A stretch of 38,584 bases of DNA, taken from IMG/VR virus record IMGVR_UViG_3300020045_009961, positions 1 through 38,584 of that record, one strand, 5' to 3'. Of the stretch, positions 26,719 through 36,642 are shown piece by piece. Numbering within the stretch: position 1 is the stretch's first letter; the number at the start of each line of letters is the position of its first letter. Made by a program: the position numbers and the translations under genes. The stretch is from a virus. Lineage: Duplodnaviria > Caudoviricetes. The notes beneath the pieces were generated by a model. It was not told the DNA's origin. It did no database searches and was given only the letters and a program-made list of their open reading frames with translations.

Positions 26719-27904
26719 ACGCCACACTCACATTTGAAGTGTCGATAACGGCAATCTGGTCGCCATTTACTAACACTAAGTCATGCCATGACGCGCCGCC
26801 ATTAATACTTACGTCAATATCCTGTAGTTCGATATTTGGCAGGTTAGCCTGTATATAAGCCGTGAATCTATTGGCAATAATCCGTTCACCTATGCTAATT
26901 CTCTTTTGACCATTTAAACCATTCGCACTATCGACAATCAATTGTTTAATTGTGCTTGTGGTGTTAGTTGGCAGCAAAGGGCTTGATGTAACCTTTACCC
27001 GCACGGATAGGGTTATCGGCGTAGCACGGTAAAATTTTGCAGTTTCGTTACCAATAACAACGGTTACATCGCCGTTCATATCCGCGCCCGCGCTTTTGCT
27101 ATCGATAATAGCTTGCGCAACGTCATTGTCAGTACCACCGATAACGCACACTAAAATAGAATGTGGCAATAGCGAAACACCGCGTTTAGGATAGGTTAAG
27201 TTAGTGTAATTTTCATCAACCCATAAATCGGTAACGCCAGTTACAGCAAAAACCCTGCCATAAATCGCACTGACTGAGCTATGCCCTAACGCGCCGACCG
27301 ACAAATAACGCCGCGCTTCCATTTCAGACTGCGTTTCGACATTTTCACCAACCACACCAGCGGTTAAATTATTAACCCTGTCCAGCCCAATGACTGTTAA
27401 ATCCACGCGGTTCACAGTATTTGCAGGTGTGGCTATCGCCCCCAGCGTATCACAAGCAAAATCAACCGTGACTATACCGCCCGTGATAGTACCGTTTTGA
27501 ATGCAGGTATAAGTCCGTCCGTAAATGTCAGATGCTTTTGTTGTGCCTGAGACTATTTGTGTGCCGTCTAATCCGTAGCAGGTTAAGGAAACAACAGTTG
27601 CTGTTGCTGGTTTGCGGGTTATGCCGTTAATCCATGCTAACCCGTCCTGAAACCGTCCGATAGCATAACGCGGATTAAGTTGATTAAGAACAAAACCAAA
27701 AACATCATAAGTGCGACTGACAATGTAGGCAATAGCAGAAGCCAATTGACCTTGAGGTGTTGCGAGTGATGACGGTACATTGATGTCCAGATTTAAGTTA
27801 GCCCCAAAAACCGTTTTAAACGTGTCAATAGTGCCAGATAAAACAGCGGTTTCACTTGGTACGGTTACGCCGCTTGAATTGATGGTGATTAGTGAAATTG
27901 TCAT
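26711..27904 (-). CDS. Baseplate J/gp47 family protein
   Basis: TPQGQL, LNPRYAIGRFQD, G..RKPAT, GENVETQSEMEARR. Confidence 0.9.
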   Translation of the reverse strand: MTISLITINSSGVTVPSETAVLSGTIDTFKTVFGANLNLDINVPSSLATPQGQLASAIAYIVSRTYDVFGFVLNQLNPRYAIGRFQDGLAWINGITRKPATATVVSLTCYGLDGTQIVSGTTKASDIYGRTYTCIQNGTITGGIVTVDFACDTLGAIATPANTVNRVDLTVIGLDRVNNLTAGVVGENVETQSEMEARRYLSVGALGHSSVSAIYGRVFAVTGVTDLWVDENYTNLTYPKRGVSLLPHSILVCVIGGTDNDVAQAIIDSKSAGADMNGDVTVVIGNETAKFYRATPITLSVRVKVTSSPLLPTNTTSTIKQLIVDSANGLNGQKRISIGERIIANRFTAYIQANLPNIELQDIDVSINGGASWHDLVLVNGDQIAVIDTSNVSVAYV

Positions 27905-27921
27905 AAGTTTATTGTCACCGT

Positions 27922-28257
27922 TTACCAGTCTGTTGGTGTGATATTAACATCGGCTGATAACGTCCTATCCTTGTTTAATTTGATATTGCTAACACTGACT
28001 TTAACCACATTGGCAACATCAGAAACCACCTTGTTGATGTGATAGGCGATTAATGAGTCTGGTGGATTGCCACCTAAGATATTTTCAAAATAAGGCATTC
28101 CAAAGCTTTGACGATACCAAACATCTTTTTTAAATGTTTGTACAGCCAGCCAAGCATCTTGCGCAACCTGGTCTATTCCATCGGCAAAAGTAAAATTACC
28201 CGCAGCGTCTAGGACAATATCGCCGTTGATGTCGATTAATAGGGTTGTATTTGTCAT
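27922..28257 (-). CDS. Baseplate wedge/sheath initiator (gp25-like)
   Basis: DIVLDAAGN..VAQD..TF..DVWY..GMPYFENILG; position. Confidence 0.75.
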   Translation of the reverse strand: MTNTTLLIDINGDIVLDAAGNFTFADGIDQVAQDAWLAVQTFKKDVWYRQSFGMPYFENILGGNPPDSLIAYHINKVVSDVANVVKVSVSNIKLNKDRTLSADVNITPTDW

Positions 28258-28907
28258 GGGTTAGGCGGCAATGTAGATACTAAGCCACTCATTACACCAC
28301 CATGCGTATGTGTTGCCCCGATATTAATACCCATATTCTTAACCGTTCCAAATGATTCAATATTATCAGTTACTTTCACATTGCCCCCCACTTCCAAATC
28401 CTTGCTTATTTTAACAGTATCGGCGTTAATCTGCACTTCTGTAGTCTCAATGGTTATTTTTTGTGGCTCTATCAAAACGAAATCCTCTGGGTCTTCGCCA
28501 AACAATATCCCCAAATAAATACTGTCAGAATATGAATTGTGGCGATTAGATACGGGTGGGGATTTGCGCCCTAGGCTGTTTTTGATTCCACTTATATCCA
28601 TGTGACAGATTAGTGCGTGTCCTTTGTCGCCAATTGCAGGGGCTATGATAACAGCACACTTACCGCCTTGTGGTCTGCTAACTGGCACATTATAAATAAT
28701 AGCTTGCTCTATGGGCTTACTGTCACTTGATAGCTGATAGTTTTGCGGCTCTATATCAACATAATAAAAAGATTTACCATCTTTTTTTATTTTCTGCACC
28801 CCCACCACTTCACACGGGTACGCTGTGCGCCCGTGCTTTGCCGCAATACTGTCTATCTTTGCGCGTTCCCTGCCCTGCTCCGTGCTTAGCTCTGTGTAAT
28901 TATTCAT
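28254..28907 (-). CDS. Baseplate spike (Gp138/gpV-like)
   Basis: YNVPV..QGG...PAIGDKG...DIS; C-terminal HTHGGV metal-binding tip. Confidence 0.85.
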   Translation of the reverse strand: MNNYTELSTEQGRERAKIDSIAAKHGRTAYPCEVVGVQKIKKDGKSFYYVDIEPQNYQLSSDSKPIEQAIIYNVPVSRPQGGKCAVIIAPAIGDKGHALICHMDISGIKNSLGRKSPPVSNRHNSYSDSIYLGILFGEDPEDFVLIEPQKITIETTEVQINADTVKISKDLEVGGNVKVTDNIESFGTVKNMGINIGATHTHGGVMSGLVSTLPPNP

Positions 28908-29791
28908 TATGCCCCTCTTACGCACTCTAAAACTGTTCTCCAATTGCTAGAGCCATGTGGATTCAAGCATTCTAAATCATGGCTTATTTTGACTGGCAAC
29001 CAATACCCGTTCACTGGCTTATTGTAATTACTTTCTACTTTGACCTTATCCTGATAATTAAAGCCTGTATAAAACTGAGTGGCAACGGTTAACTCATAAC
29101 CACTGCATGACGGCGTGCCAATCATTAACGGGTTATTGCCGTCTTTTGCGCTTATGACAATACCGCTTTTTGTCTCACTCCCTGATAACCAAACTGTTAG
29201 CGTATCATTATTTATATCATACTCAATGCCCGCCGCGTGACAACATTCCCGAATTTTGGCAATAGGGTCTCCAGTAAAGTAGGCATTATCAAGCGGTATA
29301 GTACCGATTCCTTTGTCAACAAAAGTTAGATTTGCATCACGCGCCAATTCAGCTAAAATCGCCGATACCCGAACACTACCCTTAAATGACGATGCTTTGA
29401 CTGAGCGCATTTGCTCAGCTAAGGCGGTGCGAGAGTGAATCTCGAATAGTCGTGATGGTTGCGTTTGTGAGTTGATAAAGCCAGTGTCTATGTAGCCAGT
29501 GTGGACAATCTGCATTAAGCCGCCGACTTCACCAGCCGATACCGACACCTTGTTAAATCGGTTTTCTTGCTGGATAGAGCCAGTGACAGTTAAACGGTTC
29601 ATGTCGCTGTGTTCCATGCCATAAATTCGTAGCACCGCAAAAGATTGATTACCGCCCGCCAACGCTTCGATTTGCGCTGATATGTGCAACCCCGAAAAAG
29701 TCTTAGCTGCCCCATAAACAGGCGCGTCTAGCGTTCCGCTGTTAAACTGGATTGTAACCTCGATTAGTTTTTTTCTAAATTCTTTTGCCAT
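28907..29791 (-). CDS. Baseplate hub protein
   Basis: LRIYGM, VSAGE, MIGTP, ISHDLE...W; position. Confidence 0.8.
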   Translation of the reverse strand: MAKEFRKKLIEVTIQFNSGTLDAPVYGAAKTFSGLHISAQIEALAGGNQSFAVLRIYGMEHSDMNRLTVTGSIQQENRFNKVSVSAGEVGGLMQIVHTGYIDTGFINSQTQPSRLFEIHSRTALAEQMRSVKASSFKGSVRVSAILAELARDANLTFVDKGIGTIPLDNAYFTGDPIAKIRECCHAAGIEYDINNDTLTVWLSGSETKSGIVISAKDGNNPLMIGTPSCSGYELTVATQFYTGFNYQDKVKVESNYNKPVNGYWLPVKISHDLECLNPHGSSNWRTVLECVRGA

Positions 29792-29856
29792 ATTTAAAGC
29801 CTGTGCGTTTTTTCTATTATAAACCTTTTGAGAATGTCAATGGTGATTTTTTGTGC

Positions 29857-29975
29857 TATAATAACCACTGGTGTCGTAGCCAAAAAAAGCAGTAATCAAA
29901 CAAAGATGGTTTTTGTTATTGAGTTGGGTAAATTATTGCACCCTCTACGACCTCAATAATAGACCGTCTTTTTTT
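29857..29975 (+). promoter_or_regulatory. Kissing-loop leader/attenuator 5 (variant)
   Basis: TG-C-TATAAT; GTCGTAG at 29873-29879 and CTACGAC at 29945-29951 in the loop of AAAGATGGT..TTATTGAG/CTCAATAA..ACCGTCTTT then T-run. Confidence 0.75.
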
Positions 29976-29988
29976 GTGGAACTTTAAA

Positions 29989-30618
29989 ATGAATACTGAT
30001 TTAGTAACAAAAGATTTAACAACCACTTCTTTGGCTTTGGCTGAATTGTTTGGGAAACAGCCTAGTTCTGTTAATAGAACAATTCGCAATATTATCAAAG
30101 ATATGAGTGAAGATGAAATAGGACTGTGCAATATTGCACAGTCGTCTTATCTTAATGAGCAAAACAAAGAACAGCCTATGTTTATCCTGGGTGAAGAAAT
30201 GGCGTTAATTGTCACAGGTAGATTTACTGGTAAAAATGCGTTGACTGCTCAAATGAAATTAGCCAAAGCCTTTATTGCTATGCGTGATTACATTAAATCA
30301 AATCAAGCAAAATTGTCAGCCGATGATGAACGAATGCTTAAGTTGACTAGAATTAACCCGCAATGTCTTAAGGCGATAACTGGCAGTAGAAATAATAATG
30401 AAGTCGGTAGAAGCTATGAAGCGTTAGAGCTGGCTGGCATTATGGAGAGCGTTATCGAGTGGAAAAGTTTCAAGCGGTGGCGATTTACAGCCGATGGCTT
30501 GAACTATTGCAACGGCTACCACCAGGGAATACCACGATTTAAGGATGAAACGCACAACAAGGTTATGACAATGATTGAATCGGTTAAAATCGATAACCCA
30601 CAATTGAGTATATTTTAA
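29989..30618 (+). CDS. rha: Rha family phage regulatory protein
   Basis: TTTSLALAELFGKQ..V.RTIR, SSYLNEQNKEQPMFIL, FTGKNA...KAFIAM. Confidence 0.85.
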   Translation: MNTDLVTKDLTTTSLALAELFGKQPSSVNRTIRNIIKDMSEDEIGLCNIAQSSYLNEQNKEQPMFILGEEMALIVTGRFTGKNALTAQMKLAKAFIAMRDYIKSNQAKLSADDERMLKLTRINPQCLKAITGSRNNNEVGRSYEALELAGIMESVIEWKSFKRWRFTADGLNYCNGYHQGIPRFKDETHNKVMTMIESVKIDNPQLSIF

Positions 30619-31043
30619 TGAAACTAAGCAAGGCAAAACTAGCAATACTAAACACGCTGGCATCAAACGAATACGACTTATCAAGTCGTGAAATCCTTGA
30701 ACAGATAACAGCTAATGGTCAATTATCAACAAGCCTTTCATCTGTTTATGACTATGTTGAAGGCTTGAAAAAAGACGGATTAATCGAAAATGGAATTTCT
30801 GAGGTAGTCAAAGGCAAAACGGTTTTGATGTGGCGAATTACCGAAGCGGGTAGAACTGTAGTTAAGTGTGATAAGGACGCGGAATCGTTTGAAGCTGAAA
30901 TGATTGATGAACCCACCGCGTTACTGCGTAGCATTGATAACTTAGATGAAAAAATCAGCGTACTGCACAAGTTGTTGGGCGTTGTGCCTGTGGAATGGGA
31001 AGCGACACTGAATAGCATTATTGAGGATTTGCGGACACCTTAA
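30618..31043 (+). CDS. Winged-helix (PadR/MarR-like) protein
   Basis: AILNTL..LSSREI...SSVYDYVEGLKKDGLIE...WRITEAGR. Confidence 0.75.
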   Translation: MKLSKAKLAILNTLASNEYDLSSREILEQITANGQLSTSLSSVYDYVEGLKKDGLIENGISEVVKGKTVLMWRITEAGRTVVKCDKDAESFEAEMIDEPTALLRSIDNLDEKISVLHKLLGVVPVEWEATLNSIIEDLRTP

Positions 31044-31054
31044 TTATTGACCAT

Positions 31055-31084
31055 AAAAAAGCCGCTTGTTGAAGGCGGCTTTTT
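31055..31084. terminator. Bidirectional intrinsic terminator
   Basis: AAAAAAGCCGC-ttgttgaag-GCGGCTTTTT between convergent genes. Confidence 0.85.
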
Positions 31085-31086
31085 AG

Positions 31087-31293
31087 TTAGTGAATCTTGT
31101 TAAAACATCGCCTTACGACATAAGACCTAACTATGCTTATCGCCGTGAACCATAAGCCTATCATCGCGTTATCGGTTATCGCAATATTAATATCAAACAA
31201 CGGGAATATTAATAATTGCGATAATAAATCCACAAAATAACCGATAAAAACATTAATAACCGATTCAATCATTGATTGTTTGCGGGTTTGCAT
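31087..31293 (-). CDS. Small two-TM membrane protein (DUF7220-like)
   Basis: MQTRKQSMIESVINVFIGY...FPLF...SIVRSYVVRRCFN; family recalled. Confidence 0.7.
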   Translation of the reverse strand: MQTRKQSMIESVINVFIGYFVDLLSQLLIFPLFDINIAITDNAMIGLWFTAISIVRSYVVRRCFNKIH

Positions 31294-31297
31294 GGCG

Positions 31298-33508
31298 TTA
31301 CAAGTCGAATAATGATTGCTGGCTAACATTAGTGGCATCATGCAAATTGCGTTTTGCAAGGTCAAAATATGACTTTTTAAGCTCGCTACCTATAAAACGC
31401 CGCCCCATACTTAATGCCACATACCCTTCGCTGCCAATCCCAGTAAACGGACTAAATACTAAGTCATCTTTTGCACTCCAAAGATTAATAGCTCGTTCGA
31501 TAACCTGTAATTGCAATGGACAAATATGGCGTTCATCGTCATTTTCACGCGCCGTTCTAAACTGCAAAGTATCAGATGGGTTTATATCCATCCATACTGG
31601 GCTGGCGTACTTTTGCCATAATTGCACTGGAAACTCATCATGAGTGTGGGATATAGGTTTATCATTATCCCCTGCTTTTCTCATTGTCACCAAATAATCA
31701 GGTATTCCTTGGCGACTCATTGCACTATCTTTACGGATAGTTTTGTGAAGTAATCCAAGTGCTTTAGTACGTTGCATTGCAGTCACTGGGTCTTTCCATA
31801 TCACCACCTCAGAATGAAAAATAAACCCAACAGACTGAAATAATCTAATTAAATCCCCGCGAAAGTCGCGAATACCGATAAAACCGTCATTTTGTTTTGA
31901 GCTTGGTAAGTTCATACAATGGAATGATACCAAACGCCCTGCACGGGTAATGCGATGCATTTCCTCTACTAAAAACTTAAAGTGAGTAAAAAACTCATTG
32001 TCACTTTTGCTGTTCCCCATGTCTCTTTCGCTATTGCTGTATGTGTACAGACTGCTAAACGGCGGACTAAAGATAGTAAAATCAATGATGCCATTCGGTA
32101 TTTCTCTAGCCAATTCTACACAATCTGACAAGTGCAACTCATACCGCGCATGGCGCACTAAATCGCGGGTATAGTCGTTGGTTTCTTTAACTGTTCCTAC
32201 TATTTCTTTTTGCATGGCGTTTCTCATATGGTCAATCATTGATATGGACATTTCATCGGCTAATTTTTGCTTTCTTTCAAGATTAGCTTTTACATTGCCC
32301 TCAATATCAGCGCTGAATAAGTGGGCATTAACTTCATTTTTTTGTCCAAATCTATAAAAACGTCTAACAGCCTGATAATAAGCCTCGAAGCTGTCGTTTA
32401 ACCCAACAAATGCAGTATTACTGCAATGTTGCCAATTTAAGCCCCACCCTGTGATAGATGGCTTTGTCACTAATACTCGTAATTCCCCACTTGTAAACTG
32501 TTCAATCAAACGCTCTTTTTTATCGATTGAATCACTGCCTTTTATGTCTTTTGCGCCGTTGATTAACTTAGCCAGTGATTCGCTTTCGTCGTTTAGATTG
32601 CACCACACTACCCATTGTTCTGTTGAGTTATTTACCAAATCAGCACACGCATCAACCCGTGATGATATTGTTCTTCGAGCAGCTTGTTTTCTTTCCATGA
32701 GTGTCGCGGCGTTTTTTATAAACAACTCGCCATCTAACAATTCATTGCTATCAATCACATGATTAACGATGTTTAGTGGAGGCAAAATATAGCCATCATC
32801 ACTATAACCTAAATCAGACGGCTTATTTATAGTGATAGCCCATGTTGCTAACCATTCCCAAAATTTAGCCGCGCCATGCCCCTTTAAACGCCACTTTGCA
32901 GTTTCACCGCCGTCATGAATAAAAAATTGAGCAAGCATTTCAGTCTGTGACATTATGCCTAAAAACTCTGACTGACTACCTAGCTCCATATAGTCGTTAG
33001 GGCTAGGCGTGGCGGTGCAAGATAGGCGATAAGGGATTAACTGGCACGACTCAATCAACTGGTTTCTAGTTTTTCCATTGATTGATTTTAGGATTGACGA
33101 TTCATCTAATACCACGCCACCGAATGATGAAAAATCAAATTTATCCATCATTTCATAGTTTGTAATATTAATTCCCTTTAATACTTGCGATTGTTCACGG
33201 CAATAATTTACATTAATCCCGTATTTTTCAGCTTCTTGCACTGTCTGTTTTGCTACGCATAAAGGAGCAAGAATTAAAACATTTTTACCAGTATGACTTG
33301 TTACATTATCAGCCCACGAACATTGACTAATGGTCTTTCCTAGACCTGTTCCAAAAAAAAGCGCGGCGCGTCCTTTTTTTAATGCCCACTTGACGCTGAT
33401 TTTTTGAAAATCAAATAGATTTGAATTTAGTGATGACAATTCCACGTCATGCCCACTTTCGACATGGATGGCTTTTTTTGAATCGATAAAATCTTGATAG
33501 CTTTGCAT
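31298..33508 (-). CDS. SNF2-like helicase fused to beta-class N4/N6 DNA methyltransferase
   Basis: GTGLGKT, LDESS, TATP, QAVRRFYRFGQ; then FSPPF (motif IV) before FSPFTGIGSEG (motif I); start revised to MQSYQDF. Confidence 0.9.
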   Translation of the reverse strand: MQSYQDFIDSKKAIHVESGHDVELSSLNSNLFDFQKISVKWALKKGRAALFFGTGLGKTISQCSWADNVTSHTGKNVLILAPLCVAKQTVQEAEKYGINVNYCREQSQVLKGINITNYEMMDKFDFSSFGGVVLDESSILKSINGKTRNQLIESCQLIPYRLSCTATPSPNDYMELGSQSEFLGIMSQTEMLAQFFIHDGGETAKWRLKGHGAAKFWEWLATWAITINKPSDLGYSDDGYILPPLNIVNHVIDSNELLDGELFIKNAATLMERKQAARRTISSRVDACADLVNNSTEQWVVWCNLNDESESLAKLINGAKDIKGSDSIDKKERLIEQFTSGELRVLVTKPSITGWGLNWQHCSNTAFVGLNDSFEAYYQAVRRFYRFGQKNEVNAHLFSADIEGNVKANLERKQKLADEMSISMIDHMRNAMQKEIVGTVKETNDYTRDLVRHARYELHLSDCVELAREIPNGIIDFTIFSPPFSSLYTYSNSERDMGNSKSDNEFFTHFKFLVEEMHRITRAGRLVSFHCMNLPSSKQNDGFIGIRDFRGDLIRLFQSVGFIFHSEVVIWKDPVTAMQRTKALGLLHKTIRKDSAMSRQGIPDYLVTMRKAGDNDKPISHTHDEFPVQLWQKYASPVWMDINPSDTLQFRTARENDDERHICPLQLQVIERAINLWSAKDDLVFSPFTGIGSEGYVALSMGRRFIGSELKKSYFDLAKRNLHDATNVSQQSLFDL

Positions 33509-33522
33509 TTTCTTTATCCAAC

Positions 33523-33638
33523 AAAAAACCCGCAATACCAAGAGTCGTGGTCTCGGCGTAAACGGGTTTAGTGTAAAAGCATTATGCTTTTCTTTAAGTC
33601 CCCACGACAGGCATACAGAAAAGCACAGACAAATAATA
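33523..33638 (-). promoter_or_regulatory. Kissing-loop leader/attenuator 2
   Basis: TG-T-TATTAT; TGCTTTTCT..GTCGTGG..AGAAAAGCA; AAACCCG..GCCGAGA-CCACGAC-TCTTGGT..CGGGTTTTTT. Confidence 0.85.
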
Positions 33639-33730
33639 ACACGATGGTATAATAATTCAAACAAATATTACGCACGACCTTGTAAATTGTTTTGGTGAAA
33701 TGGCATGATACAATCCACCGCGCCTACGCC

Positions 33731-34021
33731 CTACCCCTCATAAATCAATTCAAACCGCCCGCCCAACCCATCCCACGCAGGCGGGGTTTGTCCCTGAGTA
33801 TCTTGAAAGTAAAGTGTACCCGCAAAACCGCGATAGTCGGTAAAAATAACGGGCTGTCTATCTAGGCACAACACGTTATCACATATTTTCACATTATTTG
33901 ATACCAGACCAAAATACAACCCATTATCACGCTGTAGTAGTGTTATTGTGCAATATTGACCATTTAGCGCAACACTAAAGACTTGATTTGCATTAGGGTA
34001 TAGCGGTATTTTTAGTTTCAT
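33731..34021 (-). CDS. Baseplate plug-type protein
   Basis: IPL..ANQVFSVALNGQ...YRGFAGTLYFQDTQG..P.WDGLGGRFELIY. Confidence 0.75.
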   Translation of the reverse strand: MKLKIPLYPNANQVFSVALNGQYCTITLLQRDNGLYFGLVSNNVKICDNVLCLDRQPVIFTDYRGFAGTLYFQDTQGQTPPAWDGLGGRFELIYEG

Positions 34022-34560
34022 TGGGTAACTTCCTCTGGTGTAACCTGACCATTGTGTACCTGCTCACTGGCTGTAATTTCTGCGGTATCGTCAATGCGTG
34101 TATTGCCATTTAACCGCACTTCTCGCAACTTAAACGACACGCCAACCGATGAATAAAAGTTGTTAGGGTCACGATAGCCTTGCGCTCCAATAACGGATAA
34201 GTTGTCATGCACAATATCAGGTGTTACAAGCTTATACAGTTGAACACTATCAACCGCCACCGCCACATCTTCTAAAAATTGCCGCCGCTTTTGCGGGTCT
34301 GTCACCGTTACAAACATGGTAGCACTCATAGGGCTTCGGACTTTATCATGAGACGTGAACCCGCCCTCAATAGGGTCATCAATGATAAAAGCGGTATTCA
34401 TGTTGTCGTAACTTAGCCCCCCGTCCCATTCCAGAACAGGCAAATCGTCCATTGTTAGCAGATAAAAACGCCGTTGTTTTGTAGGCGTTAATGGAGTTGT
34501 CGTATCGCTTACCGTGATAGTGGGTAGCTCAATAATTGGGTCTATCGGCGTTAATATCAT
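34018..34560 (-). CDS. Dit-like/tail tube initiator baseplate protein
   Basis: DDPIEGGFTSHDKVRSP, LYKLVTPD, LREVR; follows tape measure. Confidence 0.7.
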   Translation of the reverse strand: MILTPIDPIIELPTITVSDTTTPLTPTKQRRFYLLTMDDLPVLEWDGGLSYDNMNTAFIIDDPIEGGFTSHDKVRSPMSATMFVTVTDPQKRRQFLEDVAVAVDSVQLYKLVTPDIVHDNLSVIGAQGYRDPNNFYSSVGVSFKLREVRLNGNTRIDDTAEITASEQVHNGQVTPEEVTQ

Positions 34561-36572
34561 GACTTCATACCGCTACTGTAAGGTGCTGTTTTTGAAATAT
34601 TTGAAAGCTCGGATTTAATCTCTTTCGCGGCTTGAGTTGGATCGGTAGATTTAACATGAATTTGAATATTGTTTGTGGTTGACGATTGTGGCGTGGCTGT
34701 TGGCTGTGGATTAGCAAGGGATTTTGTATCGACTGCGGGCGGTTGCAATGACAATGGCTGTGCAATAGATTTTGTATCAACTACGGGCGGTTTCATTTTA
34801 TTAATCGCTTCATAATACCCGTACTCTTTCGCAAGATGGGGCGTGGGATTAAATGATTCACCGTTGCGTAATCGCGTTTGATGCTTAGCCCACTTCACAT
34901 AGCCCGTTCCAATTAGCTCACTTGCTTCATCTCGCTCAATATCTGGTTTAGCTAAAAACTTTTCAGCTTTTGGGTATTTGCCGCTTTTCATTTCGGCAAC
35001 TTGGAACGCCGCCTGAGCGTCAATCGCCGCTTGAGAACGCTCCATTTTCCCGCTTTGCATCAATCCTTTTTGCTTCATGTATTCACGCAATGCGGGATTT
35101 CTGTCACCCTGCATTGAAATCATGCCGATGTTTTGCCCACCAGCTTTGTCGGTGTGCGTACCAAACATAAACTGTGAATTAAAATCATTTTCACGCCCTA
35201 CCTCGCTGGTCATTGTTGCCGCTTGATTGTGACTCAAACCTTGTTTTCTATATGCTTCATACGTCATGCTCATATTTTCTTTTTGTTCCGCGCTTGAGGT
35301 TTGCGCTTTAGGTGTGACTGGTTCGCTTTCATAGCTACTGCCGCCAATACCGCCCTCACTACTAACACCACCAGTGCCTTTGCCACCTTCCTTATCCAGT
35401 CCAAGGAAATTAATCACCGACACTGGCAACATATCCATCACAGATTTTTTAATTCTATCAAACGCGCTTTCTAGCCCTGATAAATTAGTAGTTTCAATTT
35501 TTTTTGTTGCTAACGCGGTTTTGTCAAGTTCAGCGTTAGTCTCAACAAGTGCCTTTTTACGCTCTTTTTCTTGCTTTGCTATTTTTTCAGCAGTTTTTAG
35601 CCAGTCTGCTTGCCTATCACCTACTTTAACCCATGAGTTAAGCTTAGGGGTTAGCGCGTCAATAAAGCCGTCAAAATCGCTTATTGGGTGTGTTAGACCT
35701 TGATAAATTCGTGACGATTCAGATAATAGCTCATCAATAACAACGCCCACGCCCTCAGTTAAGTCAGCAGCTAATGGCGTGAAATTTCTCGCCGTTTGTT
35801 TTGATGCTAAATCAATGCTTTGTGCTACCTTAGCCCACGCACTAGCCAATCTCTTAGCTTCCTCAGTGTCGTATTCCGTAACATGACTACGCGCCTTTTC
35901 AAGTTCTAACGCTTTTTCACGCTCATCATTACCCATTCGTAAAATTGGCAAAAACGCGGCATCAAAACCCATAGTTTGCATTCTGGTAGATGCGTATGAT
36001 TCAGCTTCTTTGTTGGTTCTGCCATGTGCTAATTGAATCTTGACAAGGTTGTCATACACTTGCTTATAAACTGCTATCGCTTTTTCAGGGTCGCCACCAC
36101 GCAATGCAGAAACATCTATACCAGCGGCAAGTGCGTCCGTGCCGACAACATCCCTAATGCCCATTTGACCACTAAGCATCTTTGCTTTATCACTGGCAAA
36201 CTTAGCAATTAATCCGCTCGTGGTCTCAATAGATACGCCAGACTGCTCGAAAGCCCGTTGCATTGCCATTATTGAATCAATGCTTATGTCGTTGGTCTTT
36301 GAGAAATTATCAAGGTTTCGGGTGGCAACTGCCACGTCTTTAATGTAGTTTGGCACGACTAACGCGGTATTAATAGCCATACCAACACCACGCCCAACAA
36401 CTGCCAATTCAGCCGATACTTTAGCCACATCACTTAATGTGCCGCTTAGTGTCCGTCCATATTTAGATGCTTCTTGATTTAAGTCAGTAATACTTTTTTT
36501 GGTGTCTTTTATGCCCTTGGCTGATTTGCTACCATCAAAACCTAGGAGTATAAGGGCTTCCTCAACTATCAT
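34557..36572 (-). CDS. Tape measure protein with C-terminal lysozyme-like domain
   Basis: MIVEEALILLGFD start, helical body, GLSHNQAATMTSEVGREN...GMISMQGDR. Confidence 0.85.
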   Translation of the reverse strand: MIVEEALILLGFDGSKSAKGIKDTKKSITDLNQEASKYGRTLSGTLSDVAKVSAELAVVGRGVGMAINTALVVPNYIKDVAVATRNLDNFSKTNDISIDSIMAMQRAFEQSGVSIETTSGLIAKFASDKAKMLSGQMGIRDVVGTDALAAGIDVSALRGGDPEKAIAVYKQVYDNLVKIQLAHGRTNKEAESYASTRMQTMGFDAAFLPILRMGNDEREKALELEKARSHVTEYDTEEAKRLASAWAKVAQSIDLASKQTARNFTPLAADLTEGVGVVIDELLSESSRIYQGLTHPISDFDGFIDALTPKLNSWVKVGDRQADWLKTAEKIAKQEKERKKALVETNAELDKTALATKKIETTNLSGLESAFDRIKKSVMDMLPVSVINFLGLDKEGGKGTGGVSSEGGIGGSSYESEPVTPKAQTSSAEQKENMSMTYEAYRKQGLSHNQAATMTSEVGRENDFNSQFMFGTHTDKAGGQNIGMISMQGDRNPALREYMKQKGLMQSGKMERSQAAIDAQAAFQVAEMKSGKYPKAEKFLAKPDIERDEASELIGTGYVKWAKHQTRLRNGESFNPTPHLAKEYGYYEAINKMKPPVVDTKSIAQPLSLQPPAVDTKSLANPQPTATPQSSTTNNIQIHVKSTDPTQAAKEIKSELSNISKTAPYSSGMKS

Positions 36573-36600
36573 AACAATACCTTAGCGCAAAAATAAAACC

Positions 36601-36634
36601 ATTATGGCACAAAAAAGCCGCTGTTACGCGGCTT
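36601..36634 (-). terminator. Terminator followed by restart promoter for the tape measure gene
   Basis: AAGCCGC-gtaaca-GCGGCTTTTTT then TG-C-CATAAT. Confidence 0.7.
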
Positions 36635-36642
36635 AGTTGGCA

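Noticed and set aside
29816-29840. Consensus TTGACA and TATAAT on the minus strand ahead of the hub gene
   Set aside because: Spacing is only 13 bp, so it is not a canonical sigma70 promoter; a restart promoter here remains possible but unsupported
31298-33508. DISARM/BREX or type III restriction-modification defence system
   Set aside because: No nuclease, DrmA/B, PglZ or Res-type partner nearby; context is a phage tail operon
33509-33664. Longer N-termini given by the ORF track (also starts at 8230, 29974, 38309 and 4614)
   Set aside because: They run through promoter, leader or terminator structures; downstream ATGs fit the RBS or leader layout better
34720-34792. Short duplication in the tape measure gene (PPVVDTKSIA/PPAVDTKSLA)
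   Set aside because: Ordinary low-complexity linker duplication
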